Sequence record: MK521907.1
DNA from: Klebsiella phage vB_KpnS_FZ41
DNA: 32,000 bases
Direction: 5' to 3' (one strand)
The position numbers and the translations under genes are program-made. Positions 1 to 10,732 of the stretch are shown piece after piece; position 1 is the stretch's first letter; the number at the start of each line of letters is the position of its first letter. The notes beneath the pieces were generated by a model. That model was not told the DNA's origin and did not search any database. It saw only the letters and a program-made list of their open reading frames with translations.

Positions 1-1
1 T

Positions 2-2617
2 GAAGGTAAAGCTGCTCAAACCTGCAGTAGTAGACGCAATAGTCTTCAGCACTCCTCCAGTGGTATTGCTTCCCTTAGCATACCAGAATACGTGACAACG
101 AACTTCTACAGCGTTATCAGTCTCGAAAGACATCGTATATGTGGTGTTTGGAGGAAGGTAGGTGAACATGGAGGCGGATCCATCTGATGGGAGGGTATAC
201 GCATCGGTAACTCCTGTACCTGCGATTATCCTAGCCCTTAGTAACTCGTAGTTCTTACCTATAGATGAACCGTTGCCTGCAACTCCAGTAATTGAGTCTA
301 ACCAGGCCTTAAAGTAGAATAGGTTCTCGTTAATACTATCCCCGTCTAGGCGAATAGGATCTGACCAATTACCCATAATAGCATTAGTTTCCCCGTTAAA
401 CTCGGCCTTAACCATCCATAGAGGGCTACCTGGAGGAGGGCTATCTGACCAGCCAGCCGGATTACTACCAGAAGGCCTACTAGGAGTGCTAGCCATTACG
501 GCGAACTTCATACTCACATAGTTACCTTTAGAACCTGGCGTACCATTAGCCCCATTCTCACCTACTGCTCTGATCGCCGGTCCCCAGGATCCATTTACCT
601 GCTGACGCATATACAGATCGCCTGAAGCAAACGTACTGTGCCAGTTAGTAGACCCGTCTTTAGACCATTGAACGTTTACAGAGTTACCTGCAGGCCCTTG
701 TGGACCTTGAGGACCAGTAGCACCAGTAGCCCCTTTCTCGCCGTCTACACGTAGTGGTTCTGACCAGCCTTCTACCTTCAGTGCGTTAGTATTGCCATCG
801 AATCTGCCAGAGCACATCCAAAGAGGGGTTCCAGTTGGCGGGGTACGACTCCAACCACTAGGGTCATTGATATTACCTGGCTTCGTGGGCTTACTAGCGT
901 TGATCTGATAAATCTGAACAGTGTAGTCCCCGTTAGAACCGTCAGTACCACCCGTACCTGGGACACCAGACCACTGAGACGCGGCTGAGTAGTTGGTACC
1001 ATCTACCAGAGCAGGCGGATTTTTCTTAGGGTCAAGAGTACCCTGAACAACGTAAACGTTCTGGTTCTGGTCAGTACGGTTAGGCGGGAATGCGGACCAT
1101 CCAGCTGGTGGATAGACTTGGTCAAGCGGGCGACTTGGCAGAGATGTCCCAAGTTTATAAGCAAATACAGTCTGCTTACCCTGCATACCGGTTTCAAGAT
1201 CTACATCACCCCCCGGAGTACCGATTACAACGTTACCAGAAATGCGAAGAGTATCGCCATCCCAGCGTACATACTGAGTGTTATTACCGAGGTCAAATTT
1301 GGCCTTACCGTCAACGTTGTCAACACCCATCCAGACACCACCTGCATTGTTACCATACTTCTTACCCTGAGTGAAGATTGCCGGGTTGTCTTTACCAGTC
1401 AGGTTAGTAAGAATTACGTTAGCAGCATTAATGTCTTTAGTAATAACTTTACCGTCGACGTTTACAATCTTATTAACAGGGTCAAATGAAATCGGCGCTT
1501 TACCATTTTCATCTAGTGTACCAAGAACTACTGCACCAGTAGCAGCATCTACTAAGAAAGTCTGCTCCCACTGTTTGGTGTTAGAGTTCCAGAGTTTACC
1601 CTTGATACCTGCGTAGGTCATCTCTACACCGGTCTCGTTAATGAATGCATTGTCGAAAGTAGTGCTCTCGTCTATAATATAAGTAACCTCGGTAGAGTTA
1701 GTTATAGACTGAGTATCAGGGCCCCAAGCAACCGATAGCACACGGAAACGGTGGCGGATCTTGTAAGGGAAGCTAGTAATAGTACCAGCTTTAGCTGCAC
1801 CCACGTTTAGCTTGTTAGCCTTAGTCCATCCAGTTTTTGCAAACTCATCGTTACTTATATACTGGATGATGAATTCACGAACGTTAGCACCAGTACCACG
1901 AGTCCAATCCCATTCTAGACGAACGTCAAAACGCTCCATACCGTCTTGAATGTGGGCAGTTTTGAAACGCAGGTTAGTTGGGGCTGATGGAGGAGTGAAA
2001 TTGTAGGTCAGGTTAAATAGGGATGGCCAGGTATCATACCCAGAAACATCCACAGTAACACCGTCTGGCATAGTAACAACACCAGATACGCGGATATTAT
2101 ACCTACCAACGGGAACACCACCAAAGATGATCTGCTCAGTGATTGGGCCACGGTAGTATTTAGTCCAGGTACTAGAACCTTCCGGTTTCATTTCAATGGT
2201 AACGTATTCAGCTTCACCAGAAAGCTCTACGACAACCATAGGGGCACCAACACCCACGTCAACAGATTCTGCAAAAGAAGACACCTTGGTGATCTTCGGA
2301 GCAGTTTTCATCTTAAAGTTAACGGTGCTAGAGAGGTTCATCCCCACTTTAGCAGCCATCAGCTCTGCGTCAACCATTGAGTCATAGAAAGCACCCTGGG
2401 CAGAGTAGGTAGCGCCAGCGGTTAAATTGTTAATTGTGGCAATGAAAGTATCAACGCCAGTAAAATCCCTACGGGTGGTTACCCCACCCGTAGTTAGCCA
2501 GAAAGTTCTACCGATTACATCGTAATCGGAAAAGATTGAGTGCTGAATACTCGCAATCGTGTAACCGGTCACGATATTCTGCAATACCATTTGAGCTGGT
2601 GCTATGTTTGAAATCAT
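2..2617 (-). CDS. Baseplate hub/central tail fibre-like protein (T5 pb4 position), 3' end beyond window; FN3-like region, collagen-like Gly-X-Y stretch and repeated modules
   Basis: Hand translation from ATG at 2617 (MISNIAPAQMVLQNIVTGYTIASIQHS...) is open to the window edge; start directly abuts the stop of the downstream-numbered 2618..5464 ORF; contains GEKGATGATGPQGPQGPAG and PSAPTNLRFKT...RLEWDW FN3-like motif. Confidence 0.8.
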   Translation of the reverse strand, partial: MISNIAPAQMVLQNIVTGYTIASIQHSIFSDYDVIGRTFWLTTGGVTTRRDFTGVDTFIATINNLTAGATYSAQGAFYDSMVDAELMAAKVGMNLSSTVNFKMKTAPKITKVSSFAESVDVGVGAPMVVVELSGEAEYVTIEMKPEGSSTWTKYYRGPITEQIIFGGVPVGRYNIRVSGVVTMPDGVTVDVSGYDTWPSLFNLTYNFTPPSAPTNLRFKTAHIQDGMERFDVRLEWDWTRGTGANVREFIIQYISNDEFAKTGWTKANKLNVGAAKAGTITSFPYKIRHRFRVLSVAWGPDTQSITNSTEVTYIIDESTTFDNAFINETGVEMTYAGIKGKLWNSNTKQWEQTFLVDAATGAVVLGTLDENGKAPISFDPVNKIVNVDGKVITKDINAANVILTNLTGKDNPAIFTQGKKYGNNAGGVWMGVDNVDGKAKFDLGNNTQYVRWDGDTLRISGNVVIGTPGGDVDLETGMQGKQTVFAYKLGTSLPSRPLDQVYPPAGWSAFPPNRTDQNQNVYVVQGTLDPKKNPPALVDGTNYSAASQWSGVPGTGGTDGSNGDYTVQIYQINASKPTKPGNINDPSGWSRTPPTGTPLWMCSGRFDGNTNALKVEGWSEPLRVDGEKGATGATGPQGPQGPAGNSVNVQWSKDGSTNWHSTFASGDLYMRQQVNGSWGPAIRAVGENGANGTPGSKGNYVSMKFAVMASTPSRPSGSNPAGWSDSPPPGSPLWMVKAEFNGETNAIMGNWSDPIRLDGDSINENLFYFKAWLDSITGVAGNGSSIGKNYELLRARIIAGTGVTDAYTLPSDGSASMFTYLPPNTTYTMSFETDNAVEVRCHVFWYAKGSNTTGGVLKTIASTTAGLSSFTF

Positions 2618-5464
2618 TTAGATATATGCCCATGCAACCGACTTCTCGCCCTTTGGTCCCTCCGCCTGAATTCTTGGCTGAAGTGCTCTGTAAATTCCCA
2701 AAGTGTTCGAGTTGTTGGCCTTGTAGTCGAGCTTATTGTAGCCCAACAGGTAGCTGTAGTTATATAAACTGGTGATCTTCGCGGATCTAAGCAGTTTATT
2801 AGTGTTGTCCCTTATTTCAAGCGTGTAGAAAATCCCTGAAATCAGCCCCTCTTCTTGCAGTTTATCCCATCCTAGCTCTAAGTCAGGCCCCACCCATTCC
2901 GCAGGGTCAGGAGCAAGGTTAAGCACCCGGAAGTTTTCCACCATACTAAGGTTCTTAGCTGAGTTCAAATCTACAGAAATTGTTACTGGAGAGCTACGAC
3001 GACCATTGATATCAACAGCGCGGATCTCGAAAATAGTCAGTCCAGCAGGCTCACCCACAATATCTTGGAACATCCTAACGTTAGGTGTGAAAGCAGTCTG
3101 CTGCACAATATAAGGATCCATACGGTCCGATTTACGTATTGAGTAATAGACTACGTTAGGTGTCAAGCTAGGAAGCCATGAAAGCTCTCCGTTTTTGCCA
3201 ACATCACCTACCATTCCACCAGGTGTGGGGGTATACTTAAAGTCTCTTGGCGGCAGGACATTATTGGATATTTCAGGAACGGCCTCGCTACTGTTATCCA
3301 CCTGCGTTGAGTTAATAAATACATCCTCACCATACTCCTGAAGAGTTACGTTTATCTTACCATCTCTCGTGTTCTCCACCGTATCGACTAAGAAGAACTT
3401 CTTGTCCCAGCCGTACCGATCGTAGGTGAATACTACAGGATCATTAGGCTCTATACCAAGGAATTTGTAAGGTAAAGAGAAGCTCAGAGAACGAGAGTAG
3501 CGAGACTTTTTAAGCTCCCTATCTGCCAGACTTCTGGCAGTGTAGTAGTTGGTTATGTTAGCAAAAGAAAGTTGAAGTTTCTTGTCAACCCCACGATCTT
3601 CATTCTTAAACTTAGAATTATAGAACGTTATAGAGTTGGTTTTCCAGTTCAGGGTAGGATCAATCAGAGACGCCTGAACTGAGTTGTACTTATTACGGCC
3701 TGTGGTATCTGAAAGATCCAGGTCCCCATAAGTATCTAGGAAATTAAGTTCTAACGGAGTTTTTGAGTCTTTCTCCACGGTAATGCGGAAAATACCTGAT
3801 AGGTTATTCAACGCCCCTTGGAAGGATTCTAATAGCTCCTGCACGTTCTTGAACACAGAGTTGGAGTTATCCAGGATTGTGTTCATTTGCATTATTTGTC
3901 TGTTTTCGGCTGTCCAACTCTCCCACCCAACGTATCTCCAGAACGGCTGCCAACTAGTTTGATAAGAGGTGTCTATAATATTTAATAGATCGGCCTCTTT
4001 TCTCCAGTCACCAATCACCATTCTGTCTACTGGGATACTTGCACCAAAGGTAGTGGAGGTTAGGTAGTCAAATGTTTGCCATACACCGTTCTGGCTGGTC
4101 TTATCCATTTTAACAGAACCGTCTGCCTGGTATACTTTCACTTTGCGTCCGCTTAATTCTGCAGATACTTCAGGAATATCAGTTCTGTTCTCCGTGATAG
4201 TGAAACGTATAACAGCGTATGCGGTGTCTAATAGCCTGTATCTAGAATCCCAATACTCCGGCCCATTACCATTCTCCCCTTGAAGGAAGAAGTTGTTAGC
4301 AGCCGCAATGTCCCTTAGTACAGTAGCTACCGTCTGGTCTGGCTTGCCATGGAATGTCCAGATTCGTATATCCCCGTTACCGTCATTGTACTTATATTCT
4401 TGACCATGTGTGGAGAGAGATGTTGAGGGGAGTCCTGTGGAAATTCTTGCCATAGTATCCCCCGATATCCTTTTTTGCCCAAAGCATGTACGAGAGGTAC
4501 TATCAGTTTGATCTGTACAGATCATAGGAGCGTCTCCAAACTGGAAGTCGAGGAATCCCTCAATTTCACCCTCACAGAACGCATAAACCACATACACAAC
4601 GTTTGGATTGTTTCTCTCTGTATCCGCAAAAACCGGGATACCAGGAACTTTTTGAGTACCGTATACTACAGGGATAAACTTGGCTGCAAGGTTGAAGTCC
4701 AGATCTACTTCTTTAGTAACAGTCTCATAATACTTTTTAAGGCTGTAGCTCTTGGAGAGACCAAATAATTTCTTCTTAGATTCTAGCTTGTATCGTTCTT
4801 CTTTTACTTGATATTTAGCTAGGAAGTTAACGCTCTTGTTGGCATGGAAGAATCCGTAGTCTTCTTGGTACTCCGGTCGCTTGGCACCGTGAGAGGGCAG
4901 TAATTCCCCATTTACAATCTCAAGCCCTCGGTGGGATGCGTCATCTGTAAAGCGTCCAGCAACTCGCTCAAAATCGTAGAATTCGTTAGAACAGTTCCAA
5001 GTTATAACAGAAGTACCAACTCCGGATACTGTATTAGTTTCTTTGATACCACCACCTACAATCTTACCTCTAAAGAAGAGTAATGGGCCGTTAGTATCTG
5101 GGTCCACTGGAAGGATTTCCCCATTGTCGTCGATGATCGCCTGATATATAGAAATAGAGCGATCTAAAAATGATACACCACTTTGCACGAGCTTAATGAC
5201 TTCATTGGCATCCGTACCAGTAACACTGAAGCTCAAACTACCGACGGTTAATGTACGGTTTTGTTTGTGACTGCTAATTGTTTTAATTTTCCCTGATTGG
5301 AAGAGTATACCACCATAGTTGATATCTCTCATGTAGTCCGTCATATAAGCGTAAACAGCGTTATTACCCGTGGACCCCGGGAGTTCGATAGAGACAAGAT
5401 ACGCTAATCGTATCTTGTCGTTGTTGGCAAGGTAGGCTTTCGCAGAAGGAAGGATCTGTCTCAT
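2618..5464 (-). CDS. Baseplate tube/hub protein, T5 pb3-like (948 aa)
   Basis: 948-aa ORF; size and location between pb9-like Dit and pb4-position gene match T5. Confidence 0.8.
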   Translation of the reverse strand: MRQILPSAKAYLANNDKIRLAYLVSIELPGSTGNNAVYAYMTDYMRDINYGGILFQSGKIKTISSHKQNRTLTVGSLSFSVTGTDANEVIKLVQSGVSFLDRSISIYQAIIDDNGEILPVDPDTNGPLLFFRGKIVGGGIKETNTVSGVGTSVITWNCSNEFYDFERVAGRFTDDASHRGLEIVNGELLPSHGAKRPEYQEDYGFFHANKSVNFLAKYQVKEERYKLESKKKLFGLSKSYSLKKYYETVTKEVDLDFNLAAKFIPVVYGTQKVPGIPVFADTERNNPNVVYVVYAFCEGEIEGFLDFQFGDAPMICTDQTDSTSRTCFGQKRISGDTMARISTGLPSTSLSTHGQEYKYNDGNGDIRIWTFHGKPDQTVATVLRDIAAANNFFLQGENGNGPEYWDSRYRLLDTAYAVIRFTITENRTDIPEVSAELSGRKVKVYQADGSVKMDKTSQNGVWQTFDYLTSTTFGASIPVDRMVIGDWRKEADLLNIIDTSYQTSWQPFWRYVGWESWTAENRQIMQMNTILDNSNSVFKNVQELLESFQGALNNLSGIFRITVEKDSKTPLELNFLDTYGDLDLSDTTGRNKYNSVQASLIDPTLNWKTNSITFYNSKFKNEDRGVDKKLQLSFANITNYYTARSLADRELKKSRYSRSLSFSLPYKFLGIEPNDPVVFTYDRYGWDKKFFLVDTVENTRDGKINVTLQEYGEDVFINSTQVDNSSEAVPEISNNVLPPRDFKYTPTPGGMVGDVGKNGELSWLPSLTPNVVYYSIRKSDRMDPYIVQQTAFTPNVRMFQDIVGEPAGLTIFEIRAVDINGRRSSPVTISVDLNSAKNLSMVENFRVLNLAPDPAEWVGPDLELGWDKLQEEGLISGIFYTLEIRDNTNKLLRSAKITSLYNYSYLLGYNKLDYKANNSNTLGIYRALQPRIQAEGPKGEKSVAWAYI

Positions 5465-6075
5465 AGACTTTCTCTCAGAACTAGGTTAACCCCGTCATAT
5501 ACACCATCAACTGTGATCTCTTCGCTGAATGAATCTCCGTTCATTAATTTAGTCTGGAAAAGAATCCCATTGAAACGTGGTCTCTCGGAGCCGTTGGTAG
5601 TGAGCAACAGATCAGGGTATAGATTAAGTGTCCATACTCCTGCTACGTTTTTAAAAGATGTAATCTTATACACCTTTGGATGTGTGGTTAACTGGAATAA
5701 ATCACCAGGCTTAGGCTCTCCAGATAGGGAGCTCGTATTGGTAATAACCAGTGTGGAGCCCTTTTGTCCAGCGGCAATGCGACAGTTGTTCGCATCCCCT
5801 CTCACTCGGTAAGACTCATAGTGTGGGAGTATAACGTCGAGATAGCCTCTGGTACGCTTATACTCTAGAATTGCTGATGAAAGTACAGCATACTCATCGG
5901 GAAACATCACAGGATAACTAATGTTAAGACCCCAGTACTGAGTGGCTGTTTTAACTTCGTTAACCTTGCCGTTTGGTAGCTCATCTCTAATCATAGGATC
6001 GTTATCGATCAGTGTAGCTTTATCAAACCCAAGGCCGTTATACTGAGGATGTGTAAAGGGATCTGGTAATCTCAT
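5461..6075 (-). CDS. Distal tail protein (Dit), T5 pb9-like (204 aa)
   Basis: 204 aa as in T5 pb9; 4-nt overlap with pb3-like gene; syntenic position. Confidence 0.8.
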   Translation of the reverse strand: MRLPDPFTHPQYNGLGFDKATLIDNDPMIRDELPNGKVNEVKTATQYWGLNISYPVMFPDEYAVLSSAILEYKRTRGYLDVILPHYESYRVRGDANNCRIAAGQKGSTLVITNTSSLSGEPKPGDLFQLTTHPKVYKITSFKNVAGVWTLNLYPDLLLTTNGSERPRFNGILFQTKLMNGDSFSEEITVDGVYDGVNLVLRESL

Positions 6076-6102
6076 GTTTTGTTTTCTCCTCTCAATGTTA
6101 AT

Positions 6103-6131
6103 ATTATAGTCATATCAAGAAAAATTTTCAA
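6103..6131 (-). promoter_or_regulatory. Sigma70-like promoter for the Dit/hub genes
   Basis: Minus strand TTGAAA (6131-6126), 17-bp spacer, TATAAT (6108-6103); lies between the tape-measure terminator and the 6075 start. Confidence 0.7.
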
Positions 6132-6155
6132 GATAATTTTATAAATTCCAAAAAG

Positions 6156-6181
6156 AAGGGAGGACAATTACGTCCTCCCTT
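6156..6181 (-). terminator. Intrinsic terminator after tape measure gene
   Basis: AAGGGAGGAC/GTCCTCCCTT perfect 10-bp stem, 6-nt loop, followed on minus strand by C-TTTT. Confidence 0.8.
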
Positions 6182-6189
6182 TAGTTTAG

Positions 6190-9100
6190 TTAATTCAGGT
6201 TCTTTAAGCTCAGCCCTTGTTCATTCAAGGCTAACTCTACAGCTGCCTGGAATGCCGCAGGATTTTCCAATGCGTACTCCATAAAGCTCTTAGCGTCCAT
6301 TGCCTGGATGTTCAGATTAACCGGTCTTCTAGCACCACCAGAAGAAGTTTCAGAAGCCACTTTATCCGCTGGAGTTACCTTGGTAGGCACCATAGGAGTT
6401 GCAACTTCCGTTCCGTGTTCACCCATCTTATAGGAGACACCTGGGTAGGTATTACCACCTTCTGCACGAGGGATAAATCCGTTAGCACTACCTATGCCTT
6501 TATCACCGCGAACGTAAGATAGTTCACCTGCGTTTGCGCCCATGCTAACATCTACGTTTTTCTGGCGCTCACCTAAGGTTAGGTAAGAGGCGGTTTCACC
6601 ACCAGATCCTGCTATATCGGTCATTCCGGTAGCACTAGATGCCTGAGCTAGAGATAAAGCACCTGCAAGCCCAGCCGCGATCATCAGAGGAATAGAGAAC
6701 GGATACGGAACAGCTGTTGCTGCCTGCATTACCGCTACTGCTGTCTGGATAATGATTTGCTTCTTAGCAGATTCCTGCTGAAGTTTAATCTTCTCCGCTT
6801 CCATCTTTTTGATCTTGTTCTTAGACTGCTCAGATTTACCATCACGCTTCTGCTCTGCTGCGATAGCTGCATCGATTGCCGAAATTTGCTGGTTAGTACC
6901 GTAGCTAATCATCTGGCTGACTGTCTGCATACCTGCTGCAATCATGGACGTAGTATCCAGAGATCCTTGAGAGAACTGGATCATAGCGTTAGCTAAGTTC
7001 CCCATACTTTGAGCAGTAGCAGTAGCCTCTGAGTTTAGCTGAGAGAGCTTACTGATAGCTGTATCGTATGACGCCATCTGGTTCTCCATATCGGCGAATT
7101 TCTTATCCTCTCCTTCCAGGCCAGTAGTAGGCGTGTAGTCTGCGCCCAATGACTGTCCTACACGATCCATCATCTGTGCGTTACGCTGAGCTTTGAGGGC
7201 TGCCATTTGAGCAACAGTATTTGCAATCTCACGACTCCAACGTGCCTGCTCATCAGCGTTACCTTTAGTGAATTCCTTCATTTCCTGGTAGAACGCTAAC
7301 TGCTCCTGCATTTTCTGCGATTCGCCCATTAGAGGCTTCATGCTTTGATTGCGCTCGAATTCCTCTTTACGCATCTCAGCAGTTTTAGCATTACGGTCAA
7401 GCTGCTCTTTCCAGATTTCCCTTTCTATCGAAGCAATGTTACGTCTAGACTGTTCGGCTTCTTTCTCTTTATCAGCCTGAGTCTTCAGCAGAGCTAGTCT
7501 ATCTTTCTCTACCTGTAGATTTAGTTTAAGGCTCGCCACGTTATACTGGGAATCTGTCATAGTACGATTAGAGAGTAGAGCTATCTCCCTGTCAATACCA
7601 ACTATCTTATCCTTGTAGAACTTCTCCTTCTTAGTAGATTCCATGCCCTGGTTTTTAATCTTGAACTCTTCTGTTTCGAGAATAGTTAGTTCCTTTTGTA
7701 GGGCTTTGTTGTCCTTATTCGTAGCCAGTACTGCCTGCAGAGCAGCTTTCTTGGACTGGAGCTGTTGTAGCTCTAGTGCTCTACCTGCTTCTTCCGCCTT
7801 ATCCTTATTACGAGTAGATGCATAAACATCTGCTATACGTTTTTCCACTTCCAGCTTAGATTTGGCTTCGTCCCCCGCAATCTTCCGGTAGTTGGTCATA
7901 GCCTTGTAAGCGGTGTTCATTTCCGTTACAGAAGAGTACCCAAGATTCAGATCCTTAGTTAACTGGTTAGCTTTTTCAGTAGAGCCTCCCGCCAGGGCTT
8001 CCACTGCTTTAAGAGCATCCCCCAGAGCTGCGGTGGCTTTAGCCGCCGTGTTAGAATCCTGTGCGAAGTTTTGGATATCGTTACCCAAGTCTCCAGCAGT
8101 TTTCTTAATATTGTTGTACTCTTTGTTTATGGCAACTGCCCCACCTAGAGCATCCTTGTTAAAGGTGTAAATCCCGTCACTTGCTTCGACGTTCTGCATT
8201 ATGTTAAGCTGATTGGCTAGGTTAGGGTTCCCTTTCTGCGTTTTAGCGAGTGCGGTGTCTCTAGCGTCTCTCCACTTCTGGATAGCCCCAGATGAATCCT
8301 CTAGTTCCTGTTGCAACTTATACGCTTCTCGACGCATATCCGCAGTTTCTTGCGTGAACCTTTTGTTAGCCTCGGAGGCCCCTAGAGTGAAGGAGTTTCC
8401 TAGACCCTGGTAGTTGGCACTCACAGCAATCTTAGTAGCCATGTCCATCTTAGATTCGCGCTCTAAGATATCCTTATTAAGGGCTGCAAGTCTCTTGCTG
8501 GCTTCTTCCTTAGCCTTTATAGCGTCATCCAATCCTTTCTGAGATGCTTCGAGGTTCATCACCACGGCGTTGTTATCTTTAACATCCATCTTGCCGATTG
8601 ATTCCTTCTGAGCTTCTGCTGCTGCTGAGGAAATAGAGGCCTTAGAGGAATAAAACGCTGCGTTTATAGACGCAATAACAGGTCCGAGATACTTAGCTGC
8701 TGCCTGCTGAACCTTACGTAAGGCAGAGTCCGCGTTCGCAGCAAACTGTTCCCAAGGGGTAGCACGCAGTGCGTCATCAAGGTATCCGAAACGTTTAGTA
8801 GATTCTGCTACAACTGCGTTTGCATACGCTTGCTGTTTCTGGAACGAGGATAGACTCTGTATGTTATAAGTCATACCCGTGTTAGCTGCGTTTAGTTGTT
8901 TAACATGTTCGGCGAATGCATCATTCAGACGGATGGTTACACCCAGTTCGTCCAGAAGTTCGATTTCCTGCTTAGACACACCCTTGATTACACGGTTGAG
9001 TGCATCTGTCATGTCAACACCTAGAGTGGCTGCGGCTCTACGTGCAACTAGAGCAAACTCACCAATCTGTTTAGAATCGAAACCATATGCGGCCGCAGTA

Positions 9101-10647
9101 GACGCCTGGCGCATAGCCTCTTCAAAGGATACTGCGTATCCGGTGGCCTCCTGTAGTGCGATTGCTAAGGACTGAATTGGTGTACCTGTCTTAGCACCTA
9201 CAATAGAACCGAATTGCTCAAGACGGTTTAGCTGGTCCCCCATCTTTAACTGATCAAAAGCTGCTTTCAGTACGTAGAGGTTGGACGCCAACGCACCGTA
9301 TAAAAGCGGCATAGGCCCAGTCACCATAGCTAGAGCTGCGAAGTTTCTTGTAGCCCCACGAGCGGACCCCGAGGTATTACCCAGCGCTCTTGATGCTCTT
9401 CCTGCGGCGCTACCAGTACCGGTTAACGTAGAGTTTAGACCACCTAGTCCTGTATTTACATCCCGAACCCCTGCGTTAAGGTCGGTCAGCTTGTCGGACA
9501 CTTTGTCTGTGCTCCTGGCCATATCAGACATAGTGGTGTTCATCTTGTTATCCATAGCGTCAATAGCAGCTACTATCCGGTTCATCTCGGCTACCATAGT
9601 GCCCATGTTAAAACCTGCGGCACCTCCGCCACCACCTCCAGCTTGTCCTAAGCGAATGCGTTTTGCAATCAGCTTATCGATTGCAGCAGCGGATCTAAGT
9701 GCAGCCGCCTCTATTGCATTTAGCTCTGGAACCACTTTCTGGAAGTTATTGATCATCCGAGTAGAGGAAGACGCAGATTTAGTAGCCATATCCTGGAAGC
9801 CCTTAGAGAACCCCCTCTCAAGTATTTGGGAGGTAGACGCTAGCTTGGTTTCCAAGGCATTTAAGGATTGTGTAATGGCTTTAAACTGATTAGGTAGCTG
9901 TAGTACTCCTCGCCCTGCTTGAATTTTGGCTAAAGCTGAGTTTACCTGATTCGCCGCTTTTACTAGTAGGTTGAGCTGTGGGATAACGCCCTTCACAGAG
10001 TTACCTAGTGGGTTTAGCCCACCAACGCTGCTCATAGATGCGAAAGCCCTACTTAACTGTCCTAGGTTGGCCTCTATACCAGATACCGAGGCTTCCAGAT
10101 CTGCTTTTAGCTTGGTCATGGACGCGCCTAGTTTATTAACGGATGTAGAGGTATTAGCCAGGTTAGTACCTGCTTTGATCTTAGAGAGTGCCGAAGCTGC
10201 CTGGTTAGCGTTGGCAGAAAGCTCAGCTAAGATTTTGTTAACTTTGTCTAAGTGAGGAGACGACGACGTCATCGCAGAGGTGATATCAACCCCCATTTTA
10301 TTAGCACTAGTGCTAATATTATTTAACTGGGATGTGATCCTTAACACTGACTTCGCTAGCCCAACCTCAAATTCAGTGAACTTAGTCCCTAACATACCGA
10401 TAGAAGAGGCTAGGGTTGTTAAACTAGTAGTTGATGCCAGTTTCTCCAGAGATTTCTGAGTCCTAGATACCGAACGCTCCACTGTAGTGAACGTTGCAGG
10501 GAGCTTGCCTAAGCTCTGGTTAAGCCCCTCTGAACTTTGAGTAGCGCTATCCAAGGCAGCTTCAACATCCCTGATCTGTTTAGCGGCTTTGGATCCACCA
10601 CGCTGCTTGATGTCTACAAGTAACTCTCGTATTAGTCTATCTGTCAT
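6190..10647 (-). CDS. Tape measure protein, T5 pb2-like (1485 aa)
   Basis: Longest ORF, coiled-coil rich, C-terminal hydrophobic segment IIIQTAVAVMQAATAVPYPFSIPLMIAAGLAGALS, follows tail chaperone pair. Confidence 0.9.
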   Translation of the reverse strand: MTDRLIRELLVDIKQRGGSKAAKQIRDVEAALDSATQSSEGLNQSLGKLPATFTTVERSVSRTQKSLEKLASTTSLTTLASSIGMLGTKFTEFEVGLAKSVLRITSQLNNISTSANKMGVDITSAMTSSSPHLDKVNKILAELSANANQAASALSKIKAGTNLANTSTSVNKLGASMTKLKADLEASVSGIEANLGQLSRAFASMSSVGGLNPLGNSVKGVIPQLNLLVKAANQVNSALAKIQAGRGVLQLPNQFKAITQSLNALETKLASTSQILERGFSKGFQDMATKSASSSTRMINNFQKVVPELNAIEAAALRSAAAIDKLIAKRIRLGQAGGGGGGAAGFNMGTMVAEMNRIVAAIDAMDNKMNTTMSDMARSTDKVSDKLTDLNAGVRDVNTGLGGLNSTLTGTGSAAGRASRALGNTSGSARGATRNFAALAMVTGPMPLLYGALASNLYVLKAAFDQLKMGDQLNRLEQFGSIVGAKTGTPIQSLAIALQEATGYAVSFEEAMRQASTAAAYGFDSKQIGEFALVARRAAATLGVDMTDALNRVIKGVSKQEIELLDELGVTIRLNDAFAEHVKQLNAANTGMTYNIQSLSSFQKQQAYANAVVAESTKRFGYLDDALRATPWEQFAANADSALRKVQQAAAKYLGPVIASINAAFYSSKASISSAAAEAQKESIGKMDVKDNNAVVMNLEASQKGLDDAIKAKEEASKRLAALNKDILERESKMDMATKIAVSANYQGLGNSFTLGASEANKRFTQETADMRREAYKLQQELEDSSGAIQKWRDARDTALAKTQKGNPNLANQLNIMQNVEASDGIYTFNKDALGGAVAINKEYNNIKKTAGDLGNDIQNFAQDSNTAAKATAALGDALKAVEALAGGSTEKANQLTKDLNLGYSSVTEMNTAYKAMTNYRKIAGDEAKSKLEVEKRIADVYASTRNKDKAEEAGRALELQQLQSKKAALQAVLATNKDNKALQKELTILETEEFKIKNQGMESTKKEKFYKDKIVGIDREIALLSNRTMTDSQYNVASLKLNLQVEKDRLALLKTQADKEKEAEQSRRNIASIEREIWKEQLDRNAKTAEMRKEEFERNQSMKPLMGESQKMQEQLAFYQEMKEFTKGNADEQARWSREIANTVAQMAALKAQRNAQMMDRVGQSLGADYTPTTGLEGEDKKFADMENQMASYDTAISKLSQLNSEATATAQSMGNLANAMIQFSQGSLDTTSMIAAGMQTVSQMISYGTNQQISAIDAAIAAEQKRDGKSEQSKNKIKKMEAEKIKLQQESAKKQIIIQTAVAVMQAATAVPYPFSIPLMIAAGLAGALSLAQASSATGMTDIAGSGGETASYLTLGERQKNVDVSMGANAGELSYVRGDKGIGSANGFIPRAEGGNTYPGVSYKMGEHGTEVATPMVPTKVTPADKVASETSSGGARRPVNLNIQAMDAKSFMEYALENPAAFQAAVELALNEQGLSLKNLN

Positions 10648-10667
10648 GATTTTTTTCCAATAAAAAA

Positions 10668-10691
10668 GGCCTAGGGCATTAACCCTAGGCC
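10668..10691 (-). terminator. Intrinsic terminator between tail chaperones and tape measure gene
   Basis: GGCCTAGGG/CCCTAGGCC 9-bp stem, 6-nt loop, followed by TTTTTTA on minus strand. Confidence 0.8.
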
Positions 10692-10732
10692 AAGCCTCAC
10701 GTGGAACGCCCGTTGGAGGAAAATGTAACTCA

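Noticed and set aside
6757-10255. Many plus-strand ORFs (e.g. 9281..9889, 202 aa; 8879..9175; 9971..10255) opposite the tape measure gene
   Set aside because: Ser/Ala/Leu/Pro-rich shadow ORFs antisense to a clearly coding 1485-aa gene, no SD support or recognisable domains
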